A stretch of 64,000 nt of DNA, taken from contig OZ249436.1 of NCBI GenBank assembly GCA_965235115.1, positions 7,068,001-7,132,000 on the forward strand. The letters are read 5' to 3'. Origin of the DNA: Laetmonice hystrix (taxonomy: Eukaryota). Under the pieces are notes generated by a model. That model did no database searches and had not been told where the DNA came from. It saw nothing but the letters and a program-made list of their open reading frames with translations. Positions 41,888-53,696 of this stretch are shown in pieces (the stretch's first letter is position 1; the number at the start of each line of letters is the position of its first letter). Made by a program: the position numbers and the translations under genes.

Positions 41888-42651
41888 GAAATTACGCAAC
41901 GTTTCTTCTCTTATCCTCGCATTTCAATGACTACACCAATTTATCGATGGCTTTGTTTTAGGTGCGTTACTGGTGGCTGGACTGATTTCTTTTGACCCGA
42001 AGACGGAGTTACCTCTCATGGAATTGGAGGTTACCGTCTGCCACTGGACAATAGTCTCAATTTCTTATTAGAAAATTAATTACAAACAACCTAACGAATC
42101 AATTAAGGCGAGCTGTTGGAATGTGTGTTGGAGGGCGGTTAACTCCCCCCTCCAACTTATTCACTGTCGAATAAGCGAACGAATAAACACATAACCCCCC
42201 CCCCCCCCACCAAAAAAAGACATAACCCAAATGGTCAGTCTATGCAATGTCCATTCGGAAAGTCCTGCACGTCGTATTAGAATCTTAGGAGGAATGGTAG
42301 GAGGGGTGACCTACCAGACTGAACACAAGGCACATTTATAAATGGGCTTATAAATGGGGATCCAGAATTGATACCGAATACATACGTCCAAATGGTCCGG
42401 GTTTTCACTTCTTTAAATTGCGCATTTACCCTTTAATGTAAAATTATCGTGGGAAAGAGATTTCCATTCCTCCAATCATTGTGTTCACCGTAGTAACCTA
42501 TGACTGATCTGTCAAAGAGAGGGTGTTCAGGTTGCCTCACCGATGGGGGACCGAGTTACTAGGCGTCCTGTAATCAACCCTCTCGGTGTGGTTCCATAAC
42601 GTTATGGAAGTGACAAGCGCTGTCAGTAACATGATGGCCGGTCACCTTAAC

Positions 42652-43209
42652 CAGGTGTGCAGCTAGCATGCCTCCTCCCGTCACCCCAGGCGTCATTTTC
42701 TCTCTGATATTAACGTATGAGGTTACCTTGGTGATTATCACCTGCGATCCCTCCTTACCTGGACACTAGGTACGAACACAAGGCGTCTTTTCATCACCCT
42801 GAACGATGTCACCGACTTACACCAGGTAACACGACTCAAGTTAAATACTTCACTCTACAGGTGATTGAATATCACCAACTAGACACACAAGAAAATAATT
42901 TGCACGTGCTTCAGCCGAAAACTAAATATATACTGATCAGATTACCTGCTCCTTCAGAATGGGCAATGAAGACAACACTATTCAGTCTATGAGCGATCAG
43001 GTTTAAGAGTGTTGCCTTGTATTTGGATTACCTCTTCATGGTTGGGTTCTTCCCCTGATAATACCTTAAACTCAGGTAACTGTACCTGAGAACCAACACA
43101 CCTTGAGTATGACGAAACCTGAACACTTGTACTCATCATGAGCGCATTTCATGTGGAAAATGTGCCGCTCACCTGCCGAATTCAGAGGCCTGTCCACCTG
43201 CTTCACCTG
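42652..43209. promoter_or_regulatory. Homotypic cluster of 11 CAGGT(G/A) motifs
   Basis: Sites at 42652, 42739, 42756, 42823, 42858, 42943, 43073, 43083, 43170, 43195, 43204, on both strands, not in a tandem repeat. Confidence 0.55.
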
Positions 43210-46200
43210 TCTATACTCTAGCACATTGTATGCCTTTACCCTGTTTCTTGGCTGGGGTTTCTAAGAATATTTGTACCCCAAAGTGACCCTAATTCATGAT
43301 TTTAGGTCTTCAAAATAGGAAAAGGGACAACTCTGCCATAACTTTGCTCAAAGCTAAAAGAAATCGAACAGTTTTAAGGAAAGGCTCAGTTTGACATCTA
43401 TGCATGCTTCCTGCAGTAACCATTTATAAATTGTATGACTGTATGGATACATGAACCGGCAGGCAGGGACCTCAAAGTACACCAAGGCCAGCCAATTTTC
43501 ACTTGCAACTGTATCAAGTTCCAGAAGTGACCAACAGCTATTATGTTCCTTGTGTAGCCTCACATGGCAAACAATGGACATTGCTCGTCTGCGCTACAAT
43601 TGGACACGCTGACATCCGTCACTTCGGTTGGGTCCAACTGGCCTCCCACAATGCCCCACAGGTTACCCGACACTCCCTAAGCACGTTAACTAAGAGGCCA
43701 CTTAACTGACTGCCATCTGTTACGTAAGGAAGTAATCTTGTTACCATGGCCACGATCCCAATCAGGGATTACCGACCAAGGTCCACCCCAACTGAGATGT
43801 GGCAGATGGTGAACTTTCAGACCGGTTGGTTCAACATTTTAAAAAAAATGATGAAGACATTCCATGAAGAAAAGAAAATGTAAGAGGGGTGATTTGATCT
43901 CACAAGTTTGTTCTCGTCTTGTAGGATTATAAATTATTATTAAAATAATAAGTGGCAATATTAATAGCTTTGTACACCTGCAATGGCGGATCTAGGACCC
44001 GAAGGGGGCTACATCACCCCTCCCTAAAATTGAGAACACCACAGCTTGTTGTTTCTAGAAATGTAAATGATCATTATCCCCTATAGTTTGGAATTGATCT
44101 CTTAAAGGGGGATGCTCACGAATTTCAAGTCATAACTGGCGTGTCAGAAAAATATGTCTGCACTGCCGTTCCCCAATATAATCCACAGCTCACCAACGTT
44201 CTATTTGGACTTGGCGGGTATTATGTAAAATAAATTCTAAAAGTCGCCAAATCTTATTTCAGTCACTGAGAATGATCCACTTGGCTTGCAAGACCCCGAG
44301 AGTTGTTTTTATATATATATTCCTATGCACACGGCTATGCAAATTGTGGTCTGTGTGCTCTACGCCACAACACAACGTTCAAACGATTCAGAACATGCCA
44401 AAATGGCAGCATTAATCGTGCTTGCGTGCCCTCCAGCTAGTTTTTGTAATTTTTCCCCATCATGGAGTATTTCACAGTTGTCTACTGATAGCATGTATTA
44501 ACAGAATTACTATGATAAACACTGAGTGACAAAGTACGTCAGTGGCGAGGAGGTAAGCATGAATCTGAAGATTTCAGTCGATTCTGTCAATGAGACATTC
44601 CCTTTAATGAAATCCAAGCACTGCCTCAGATCACTTCTGCTATTCACGATTACCTGAAATGAATGGTTACCCACAACAGCTGGAATGCAAACAATGTTCC
44701 AGCTGACTACATCTCAGTTGCCCTGTAGCCCCGCAACCGACAAAATTTGCGATTTCCTATCTGGAGAGTAAATAAATACTTATTTCGTGAAAATCCCTCT
44801 CGCCCTTTTTTCAAATTTGTTGAAGACCTAATGATCTCTGTTAAACATTCGCCGACTTTCAAGATTCTATTTGTGTCAGTCATCTTAGAACACTGTATTT
44901 TATAAGCTCATGCATGACACTACATAGTTTTATTGTCATGCCCACACCGGAAACGTTTGACTCCATTCTCTTTCAAGAATTCTAACAAAAGAAGAAGATA
45001 AAGGAAACAACGTCTTACCACAGAATCCTAAAATCCTGACAGAATTAAAGGCGGGATTGAAATAAGATTCAGGTCAACTCGTATTAATCTGAACTTTACT
45101 CCTCTCAATCTAAAACATTCATTATTTTGGTCGTAAAACTTAGAAGTTTCTTATTTTGAGTGTGAGCATTAATAATCCCAATCGCCTAACACTTCATGCC
45201 GGATGTGTCACAACCCTCACAAGAGAAGGCAGAAAACAAAAGGGAATTATAAAAAAAATTAAAATTTCTATGCTAATTAGACTGATGTACCATGCTGATC
45301 AGCTCTGAATCGTGATTACGTATCTCGTTTTCGTGCGGCAGCAAATGATTGGAAGGCATCTGATTGGGTCCTCTCCAGTAGAGTCACACCTGCTCACCTG
45401 TAACCTGACACACACCTAGTTAAGCCTCACTGCCCCACTTCTTCTTCACTGCATTAAGGTCATCCTCCGCTATTGTTCTTATGCACATTATGTAACAACA
45501 CAGAAATTATGCAACAAACCTTAATAAAGGAGGGAAACCAGAATTTGAGCCGCACACAAAATAGATGATGTTATCTTGCCACGGGCGATCACTGCATAGT
45601 GATTGTTCAAGCAGATTTAAACAATGGTAGCCAGATCGTACTTTTCTATTTACACAAGAGACAAAAAGTCAAAGAGTTCATCAAACCTATGTGCACACCA
45701 CAGATAACTTTCTGCCTGAAGTACAAACGGAGATATTACAGTTCAGGCAATTATTCGGGTGTGCAGATAGTACTTTATGGGTGTTCAACGTAAATATACA
45801 ATCATGTCCTGTAGTTCATATCACAAAAGACTCTTACTCGCTGCTTACTTTTAATCTTTTTTGGCCAAAAATAATTATTACCCACAGTAAATGAATCCTA
45901 TGAACACTAGCCCTGATATGCATAGTGCTGCTCTCTATTCTTAGGACAGAGAAATTCAACTGGATTTTCTTCCGTTTGTTCTGAATTTTAAGCATAATGC
46001 CATGCTTAAACATGCAGGAAACGCTTAGATTATTGACTGGTCATTACAGGGTAAAATGTCAGGTTTTAGCAGGAAAGCAACTGTAAGAAATAACACTCTT
46101 GGAAACGTTTCAAAGCTTTTCAAATCACTAACCGAATGGCGTCATCTGTAGTTTGAATAATTCAGCGAGAAAGCATATTGAATGAGACGGATAATGCTGT

Positions 46201-46451
46201 ATTCATTACGCCTTACCATCAGAATCATGAAAAATGAAGAGACAATCAGCAGTTGCAAATAGCTGCCACAGATAAAGTGCATTCAAAGTGGCTTATTTAT
46301 TATGCCATCATTCACAATTAAAAATGTTTCGGAAGTAAGACAATTGCAGCAGGGCTGGGAAATTTTTATCTTTGACCTTATCTACTGATGTACATCAAAT
46401 ATGTTATTTAGATGAATACTAAATATTAACAGATCACTTATAAATACTTAC

Positions 46452-46466
46452 CTTCATTAACTCTTT
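46452..46466 (-). CDS. Candidate 15-nt microexon (KELMK)
   Basis: tgatctctcccag|AAAGAGTTAATGAAG|gtaagtat: frame-preserving with a perfect donor. Confidence 0.15.
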
Positions 46467-46923
46467 CTGGGAGAGATCATTTGTAACAATTTTTCTCCAC
46501 CTGACATAGTTTTACCTAAACGCTGGGAGTAATACTTACCTCAATGTTTGCATCCATGCGGCATTAACAGTATTCTTAGGTACACATAGGACACAATACT
46601 GCTAACCAAGAATTCGGAACAGATGCAGTAAATCCACCCCATATTCTATTTGCTATCATATTGATGGTTAAAATATTGCTCAATACACATCGTAGATCAT
46701 TGTCCTTGACAAAAGATAAACACGCCAAATTACCAAATGGGTTAGACCCTTATAATCGGATCCTCGGCCGCTGACAGACAGGCCTACTCCCTCCCCTAAT
46801 ATCTATCACTTTACTCCGTCAGTCCCCTGCAATAACACCTCATCACAACTGCAAATTGTCCTACGCTCTTGTACCCATGAACACAACGCTGGCACCATCA
46901 TGGAAAGGTCAGAACACCAAGGA

Positions 46924-46938
46924 AAAGGTCAGAGTTCA
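46924..46938 (+). promoter_or_regulatory. DR1 nuclear-receptor element
   Basis: AAAGGTCAGAGTTCA, with an extra AGGTCA at 46906. Confidence 0.45.
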
Positions 46939-48366
46939 AGTCCACCTCTGTCCTTCCGTGGTACTCCAGTGAAGGGTACCGATGACCTTCAGGCGTGGAT
47001 GGCTCCTTTGGGAAGGCCAGGACGTTAGACAATAATGGCAGACACAATGGCCTTCAGCCACCCGTTTGGATTGGTCATAATGGTGTGGATTTAACTTCAG
47101 CGGATTATCGGCATAGCTAAGATAACAGGCACAGGTTGCCCCTCGGTCAGTCAGAAATCCTATTAGATGTGGTTCACCGGTATCATAATCTATGATGCTC
47201 AGTCCTGGAATCAACATATGGTTCGTCATCGGTTTCAGAATCCTTCCCCTTGTTGTATTACGTCAATTATATTTATCTGCGAGTAGACAACAAAAAAGTA
47301 AAACCAACCAATATCATATTCCCTGTTGTAAGTCTCTGATAGTCAGGGATGGGACAGACAATTGTTCTCAAGTTAGTTGTTCTTGCAAAGTCTTCAGTGA
47401 GGCTCATAAAAAAATTAATTTATTGATGGCCTCTAGTTTCAACGTAGGGGACTCGATAGTCGATCCAATAAGATTAAATACTCTGCTTAGACGGTTACAC
47501 TCTATTAGTTGTTTGCGGTATTTTTCTGTCTGAACATTATTTAATGAAATTAGAATCCCCTGTTTTGTTTTCTCCTTTCTTCCTTCATGATGTAAATCCT
47601 GGATGTTCCCTAAAACTATGACCATGCTAACACTTTAGGTAATGTTATCGGAGAAACCTCTAGGAACTTGAGGGCCAGTCGTAAAGTGACAACCTCTGAC
47701 CTGAACCCGACCCCTACCTCGATCAAGGTTAAGGTTCTGGATCATTACCAGCTGAGTATCTTATCCGTGATATTAGCTGCCGCTTCAGGCTGGCCCATAT
47801 TAATGTACATCTCCTTGATCGCAGCATCTTTCCCAGCCTACATACTGCCCCTTGATGTATCACTGACGGCGACAGCTGAGGGGTGTGGTAAGGAGTGGGT
47901 GTGGCATAAACTCGCAGGGCGTGACCGCCCTATCAAGAAACACTCCCAGGAGGCAAATGTGGTCCAAGCTCTGGTTTCAGGCGACCCTTCCATAGCAGTG
48001 TCGACCCCCTGCAGTACGAATCTATGTTCATCTGAATTGGCCAACCATGACTATCAGCTGCTAACCTGTTGCCAAGATCGACCTCTCTTGCCCTGAAATC
48101 GCTTCAGGTGTCCTGTGATCAGCTTCCATTTGTAGAGCTACTTAAAGGACTCTCGTATTTCCAAAGGTGTGACATATCAAACTTCCTCCAATTCACCCTT
48201 GTAATCTTAGTGTGATAATCTATCTTTATATGAGCCGGGGAACGGGATACGGTGAGGAATTAATCTAAAGTAATAGATCATCATAAAAATCCATTTCATA
48301 ATGCATCTCTTATTATCCACATAGAACCTATACTTGCCGAACCAAGTCTGAATACTTGAGACTGTG

Positions 48367-48380
48367 CTGCCCTCTGCTGG
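48367..48380 (-). promoter_or_regulatory. CTCF-like core motif
   Basis: Reverse complement reads CCAGCAGAGGGCAG. Confidence 0.5.
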
Positions 48381-49651
48381 ATAAAAGCATCTGTGACAAA
48401 ATGCTGTCTTTTGGCAGTTGGACGAATTTTCAGCTAAGCTGATTTATGGATCAGTGGAATATTAACCCAATGAATGTTCACAACAACATGGAACAAATAA
48501 GTGATACATGACAAACAGAACAATAATATTAAAAACTGAGTTCAGAAAATCATATCAAATATCATATCAAATGTTTTATAATTCCTGCAAATTCTGCTCC
48601 CTCTCTGCACTGGTCTTTATTCCCTGATCCCAGTTTGCCTCTATCCTTGATTGCAACTACATTTGGCAAGTTTTATCACCAACATAAAAAGGTCTACTTC
48701 TTCCAGATTCTTAGTTTCATCTCTTTTGCTCTCTTGAACCTGTATGATGGAAAGATATATGAACGGTAAACACTTATATGATGGCTCAATGTTTAATATA
48801 CTTAGAAAACTAATACATATCTCACCCCTAATAAACACTTCTATAAGAAGCCGACTCCATCACTTAGCTGAACAGGGCCCTATCTGAACCATGTGCCAGG
48901 TGACCAGAAACCCAATCCTGGCTTTCATATTCTCACATGGCTAACAGTTACAGAGCAGTCATGTTATGTGAATGAATGATGACAAATCACCTAGAGTACT
49001 GGGACCTGGAGGCTGATTCACACTGAACTGTAGAGGAGCAATCTGCTTACAGATTCCATCAGATCCTGCTCGGTCTAACCAGACATGGGAAATGCTGTCA
49101 GAGGCAACTTTCCTACTTACTTTTCTATATTACCAAGACGGTTAGGTGCCAGATGAATCACTGTGTGAGAGATAAGAAATCTCCATATTATATGAATTAG
49201 GTCCCCCACGCTGTGCTGTCAGTAAGTTATACACAAGTTGACATCTTATCTTAGAAGAGGTCAGAATCTCTGAATCAAAGTCAACGTTCCCTCTCCATAA
49301 CCCTCCCTGTGAGCCTCGTTCACTCAAAGTAATTCATCCTTAACATTGAAATGACAGAGTAGGACCTTGCTCATTTCCACACCCGCTATTAATAAACCTA
49401 TCTGAGTAGCATTAGAACCAAACTTTGCAGGGTTCAAACCTCAAGTGCAAAGTTCAGTCCGAGTATTTTCTACCAGGCCCACGCAAAATCCTATTCACAC
49501 TCGCTGTAACCGAGTCATGAGGCCAGGGGAAGACTGGATATGTATTTTTTCAGTCCTTTCACACGAAAGGCCCCACCCTCTTAAAAAAGAGGCAACTCCT
49601 CCCTACTACCCTAGGCATAGGTGTAGCACGGGCCTGAATATTTGCCTGCTG

Positions 49652-49818
49652 GGGCCCGTCGTACTAAGGTCTGGTTATTAACGATATCGTTTATTTAGGC
49701 CTACATAGGAGTCAATGACAGACCAACTGCTTATATAACTAAGTGGCCTCCCATTCACTTCTATAAAAACCTAACGATATCGTTAATAACCAGACCTTAG
49801 ATCTAGTAAGACGGGCCC
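49652..49818. mobile_element. 167-bp PIF/Harbinger MITE
   Basis: TIRs gggcccgtc(g/t)tac[tagatc]taaggtctggttattaacgatatcgtt (arms 49652-49691 and 49773-49818, 6-bp indel), flanked by a CTG TSD at 49649-49651 and 49819-49821. CWG 3-bp TSDs are known for some animal Harbingers. Confidence 0.9.
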
Positions 49819-50380
49819 CTGGATATATATTTGCTGTGCGATGATGGAAATGTACGTACGCCTGTCGAGTTGTTCTGGCTGGCGTTTTAAATGCCCCCAT
49901 TTCCGGTTTTACGCCCGACCATGTGTTAAGCCTAGGTCTACTGACTACTCTTGCAGTCGCAGACGTATGTCGTAGTATATTAGTCATATATAAAATCTAA
50001 TGCTCTGTAGTTTTAATTAAGCTATGTAGGATCTATGGTGTCAATGATTCATTGGGGATTGGGAACATGCAAAGTGAAGAGAACAATAAAGAATGATCAC
50101 CGGCACAGGATCCTTTCCTCGGGTGCACTTTAGCCCTGGCTTCGTTGGAGATCATGTTTTCTTTGGTTGGTCGATCTGTTTCACTGGCTCCCGGGCTTCT
50201 CTTCCCACAGGGCACTGAATGAGTTCTGCTGAGGCGCGACCCAACTGTTACTGTCACTCTAGACGGAGTGTAATGATTTCTTGCCTATGCAATCAACTTT
50301 CATACATGCTGTTTTCGGATATGTTCAACACAACGCGTGACAAAAATTCCAGCTCGCGTTCGTCCGCGACGACAGTGTCA

Positions 50381-50395
50381 CAGCGCCCTCTGGCG
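50381..50395 (-). promoter_or_regulatory. CTCF-like core motif
   Basis: Reverse complement reads CGCCAGAGGGCGCTG. Confidence 0.5.
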
Positions 50396-53069
50396 TCCAG
50401 CTGGTACAAAAATGCAGTGGGCGCGGCCCGGTAATAGAAGCTATGTAAAGTCATTTAACGACCCAAATGGCCGCCTATGGTTCCCCCTATAACCCGAGAC
50501 AAACATCCAGTGAACAATATATTGCTCCTCAAAGAAAGTGAGGAAGGAAGACGATAATGTCTAGGGGAACCAGTGGGAGCCTTGTACCGAACAATTGATT
50601 CAAAAACGTATATTCCTGAATTATTACGACCTCACCCCAGCGTAGACACAACAGAACTAACAAGGTAACAGGCTAGGCTACATGTCGCCGTCGACCTTTG
50701 ACCACGGGATTTATGAAAAAGACTAATGATTCGTGAGATTTCTCTCATCACACTGTGTATCCGGTTTTTCTTCTGTAACATGGGTTCAGTGCGGTACAAG
50801 TGTCCCGCAGCGATCGCAGCAATTGGTATATAACAGTCACAGTAAGAACGCCGTCAACCAGTACATTCTATGTTGGTTTCCATGGTTGTCGAGCCCAGGA
50901 CGCCCGATGGAATCGTGTTCCGGGGAAGGCAGTTCCCTCGACCGACTCGAGGGGGTCCAAGACGTGAACCAACGGGCACCGCCCATCTCGATGGTACTGG
51001 TATCTTGGGCCGAAACGCTAAGCCCTACACGACACACATGAAGAATGAAGAGCAATTAGCCTAATAGGCCTACAAACACTGATCATCAATATCTGTCGTC
51101 AAGCTGTCTATAATAGGCCTACAGATTTACCAGTATAGTCTACTGGTAGGCCTGAAAGAAGTTTTGGAGTTAGTAGGCAACTAAAGCGATTTGACCTAGG
51201 CCTATACACTAAAGTTTATCGAGGGTATAGCCTAGTCCGAAATGGGAATGCCCTGGTCCCCTAGGTGCTGCTTGTAAAAATTTAAAGGAAATAGCTGAAC
51301 CTGGAAATAGCCGCCCCTTTGACATGTGACCACACAGTGGTAGGCCCTATAACTGGTGCCCAAGCGAGTTTTCTTATACCCATCATTCAGGTCCCTAAAT
51401 ATTTATTTGTAGGCTACTTTGAAAACTTTAGGATAAGGTCTTGACCAACGTTCGACAGATTTCTGGTAGGGCCTACATATAAGCCCATTTTGGCCCCCAT
51501 GAATGCAAATGGCCGATGGCAAAAGGGCAATGAGCCCCCCAATGCCTCTTTGCAATAAATGCATCAAAGGCCACATTAGCATTCGAGGGAGTGCTTTTCG
51601 GGCGCACCCAGCGACCATAACCCCATCATTCAGAGAAAATCGACAGGTTACGACCAGAAACACACTGAATTTCCTGGCAAGCTTGGATCCAGGGGGAAAG
51701 CCGAGCCCCTCGATAGCTGGCATGAGGGAAGTTCGCCAAGTTCAGCAGACTGTGGCGACTTCCGCTCTACAAATGACTTGCATGCTCACGAACGCCCCCA
51801 AGCGGCGAAAGTCGGCGGAGGCGGCGTGACACCGCTTTAACAGTGCACGCCATAGGTTGTGTGTTCTGATGGAGGCCAATCACATTGTGCGTCCGGACTA
51901 CATTTTCGCGCGTTGATCACTGATCCCTGTTTCCCGACATTTGCTTGCATCAACATAATTCGTGAGACGCCACCTCACTCCTTGCCGTGGATTTTGAGCT
52001 TCATAAAGTCCACCGCAGCGTTAGAGGCGAAACTCACGACAAAGCATATGTTATGGGATAAACTCGCTTCGCTCAGCTAAAACGTACAGATTGGTTCATT
52101 GATTTTAAATCGTAATACAATTATGGCCAAAAGGAAGGGACTCGCCGTGATTTATGATTATGTACCCCTAGGACAAATTACGAGGAATAAGTGCACGTTT
52201 CTAACTACCATTTACAAGGGCATCCCCTGCAATAAATGACCGAGCCAAATCGGCGCGGTTTTAGTGATGAAATCGCGGGCAATTGTCTTCCATCTTCCCA
52301 CCACGAATACCGATGTACAATTAATCTATCGACCTACAAAAGGCGTCTAAATCACGTGGTTCTTGCCTCGGCTATTTATCTGCAAGTGGAAGGCTGGGAC
52401 GTGAGGTCATTGCTAGAACGAGCTGGAACTTTCGGAACACATCAACAACCAACCATACATGCAGATCAGGTGGAGGGATACTCATTCATGCAATCGGCAT
52501 GGAAAATATCGTTTTTCACACTGGGAATGTTTCTAAATGAAAATAATTAATTAGACTAGATTTCTGCGTGGGAATACAAATTATTCTAATGTAATAGATG
52601 GGCATAAAATGGTATATCTCGGTCTATTCAATATCGCTTTATCCCCTGTTTCAGCATTTGTAGGTATGCTCCTATATAAAATAAAACACAATTAATGTCC
52701 AGCCATGCAACATCCATCCGATTTACAGTTTAAAGGACAAAATCAGGGGCGGACCGCGAGGACAAATGGATGAGTGAATTTTTACCTAATTAAGAATTGC
52801 ACGGGCGTCGCAATGAAAAAACCTTGGGCCCAGAGCTGCAGAGCACACCGTTCCCTGGCCCCGGCTGCGGACATATCCTAGCCGGCTTTACGCTTACGTT
52901 CATTGCTTTCTTCTCTTGCATTGAGCTAATTGTAATTGTTTCGGACATCCATCAGGGCCGGTACATTAATGGAGACGACACATGTACAGGAAGCTCTGAC
53001 ATGATGACGACAGACGCTGTAAAAGACTTCCGGAGTATACCGCATGTAAAGGAAACAGTTTTCAGGTAC

Positions 53070-53162
53070 CTGTCGTCTCTGGGCCATTCTACTCAACATA
53101 TCAGCAACAGATCGGGCGTATCTGGTTGGGAACGAACTCGTTCTTGCAATAAGAACGTTGAT
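53070..53162 (-). CDS. Candidate 93-nt phase-0 exon
   Basis: ctcttctactggcag|ATC...CAG|gtacct. Only frame 0 is open: INVLIARTSSFPTRYARSVADMLSRMAQRRQ. Confidence 0.17.
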
Positions 53163-53688
53163 CTGCCAGTAGAAGAGCAGCTTGATGGGAGGCTAAATGT
53201 TTCCCTTTTGCAGCATGCATCAAGAACGGAATTCTGAAAGCCCGGTCTGGGATACGAGCCCCCCTCCCCCATGCCACAGCAGACATAGGCCCTAGACCTG
53301 CTAAACCAATCACTTGGCCACACGACTCCAGTTTCGGATAACCTTTGGTAGCTGATCGAGGTCTGCACACAATATTGATTAAATTCAAACAGTTTTCTCA
53401 TTATGTATAGCTCCTTGCATTCGGCAGTGGAGACGACCGACTCAGTATATTTTTGAATCTGCATCTGCACTGTAAAGTTCAACCATATAGCTGTATCAAT
53501 GCGGGTAGGTTGTAGAATTACTGGATTTCATATCACTTTAACACTATGAGAACTATGAGAAGGACTCATCACTACCGACTTGAAAAAGAAAACACCAAGA
53601 AAACCGCCTCCGTTGGTATACAAGTGCCCACTGACCGGGAGGTAAGGTCACAAAGCCGCACCAAGTTGATCGGATCATTTCCTCAGCT

Positions 53689-53696
53689 TGACGTCA
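53689..53696. promoter_or_regulatory. Full CRE palindrome
   Basis: TGACGTCA in the CpG-rich zone; also at 29217 and 37835. Confidence 0.35.

Noticed and set aside
43981-44170. caatggcggatctagg, resembling a common MITE left terminus
   Set aside because: No matching right TIR or TSD was found; at most a solo end fragment.
47668-48096. 142-aa ORF, and similar 130-146 aa ORFs at 1073, 52797, 53093, 53546 and 55360
   Set aside because: A few ORFs of this length are expected by chance in six frames of 64 kb at this GC content. None has a recognisable domain, and several overlap opposite-strand ORFs.
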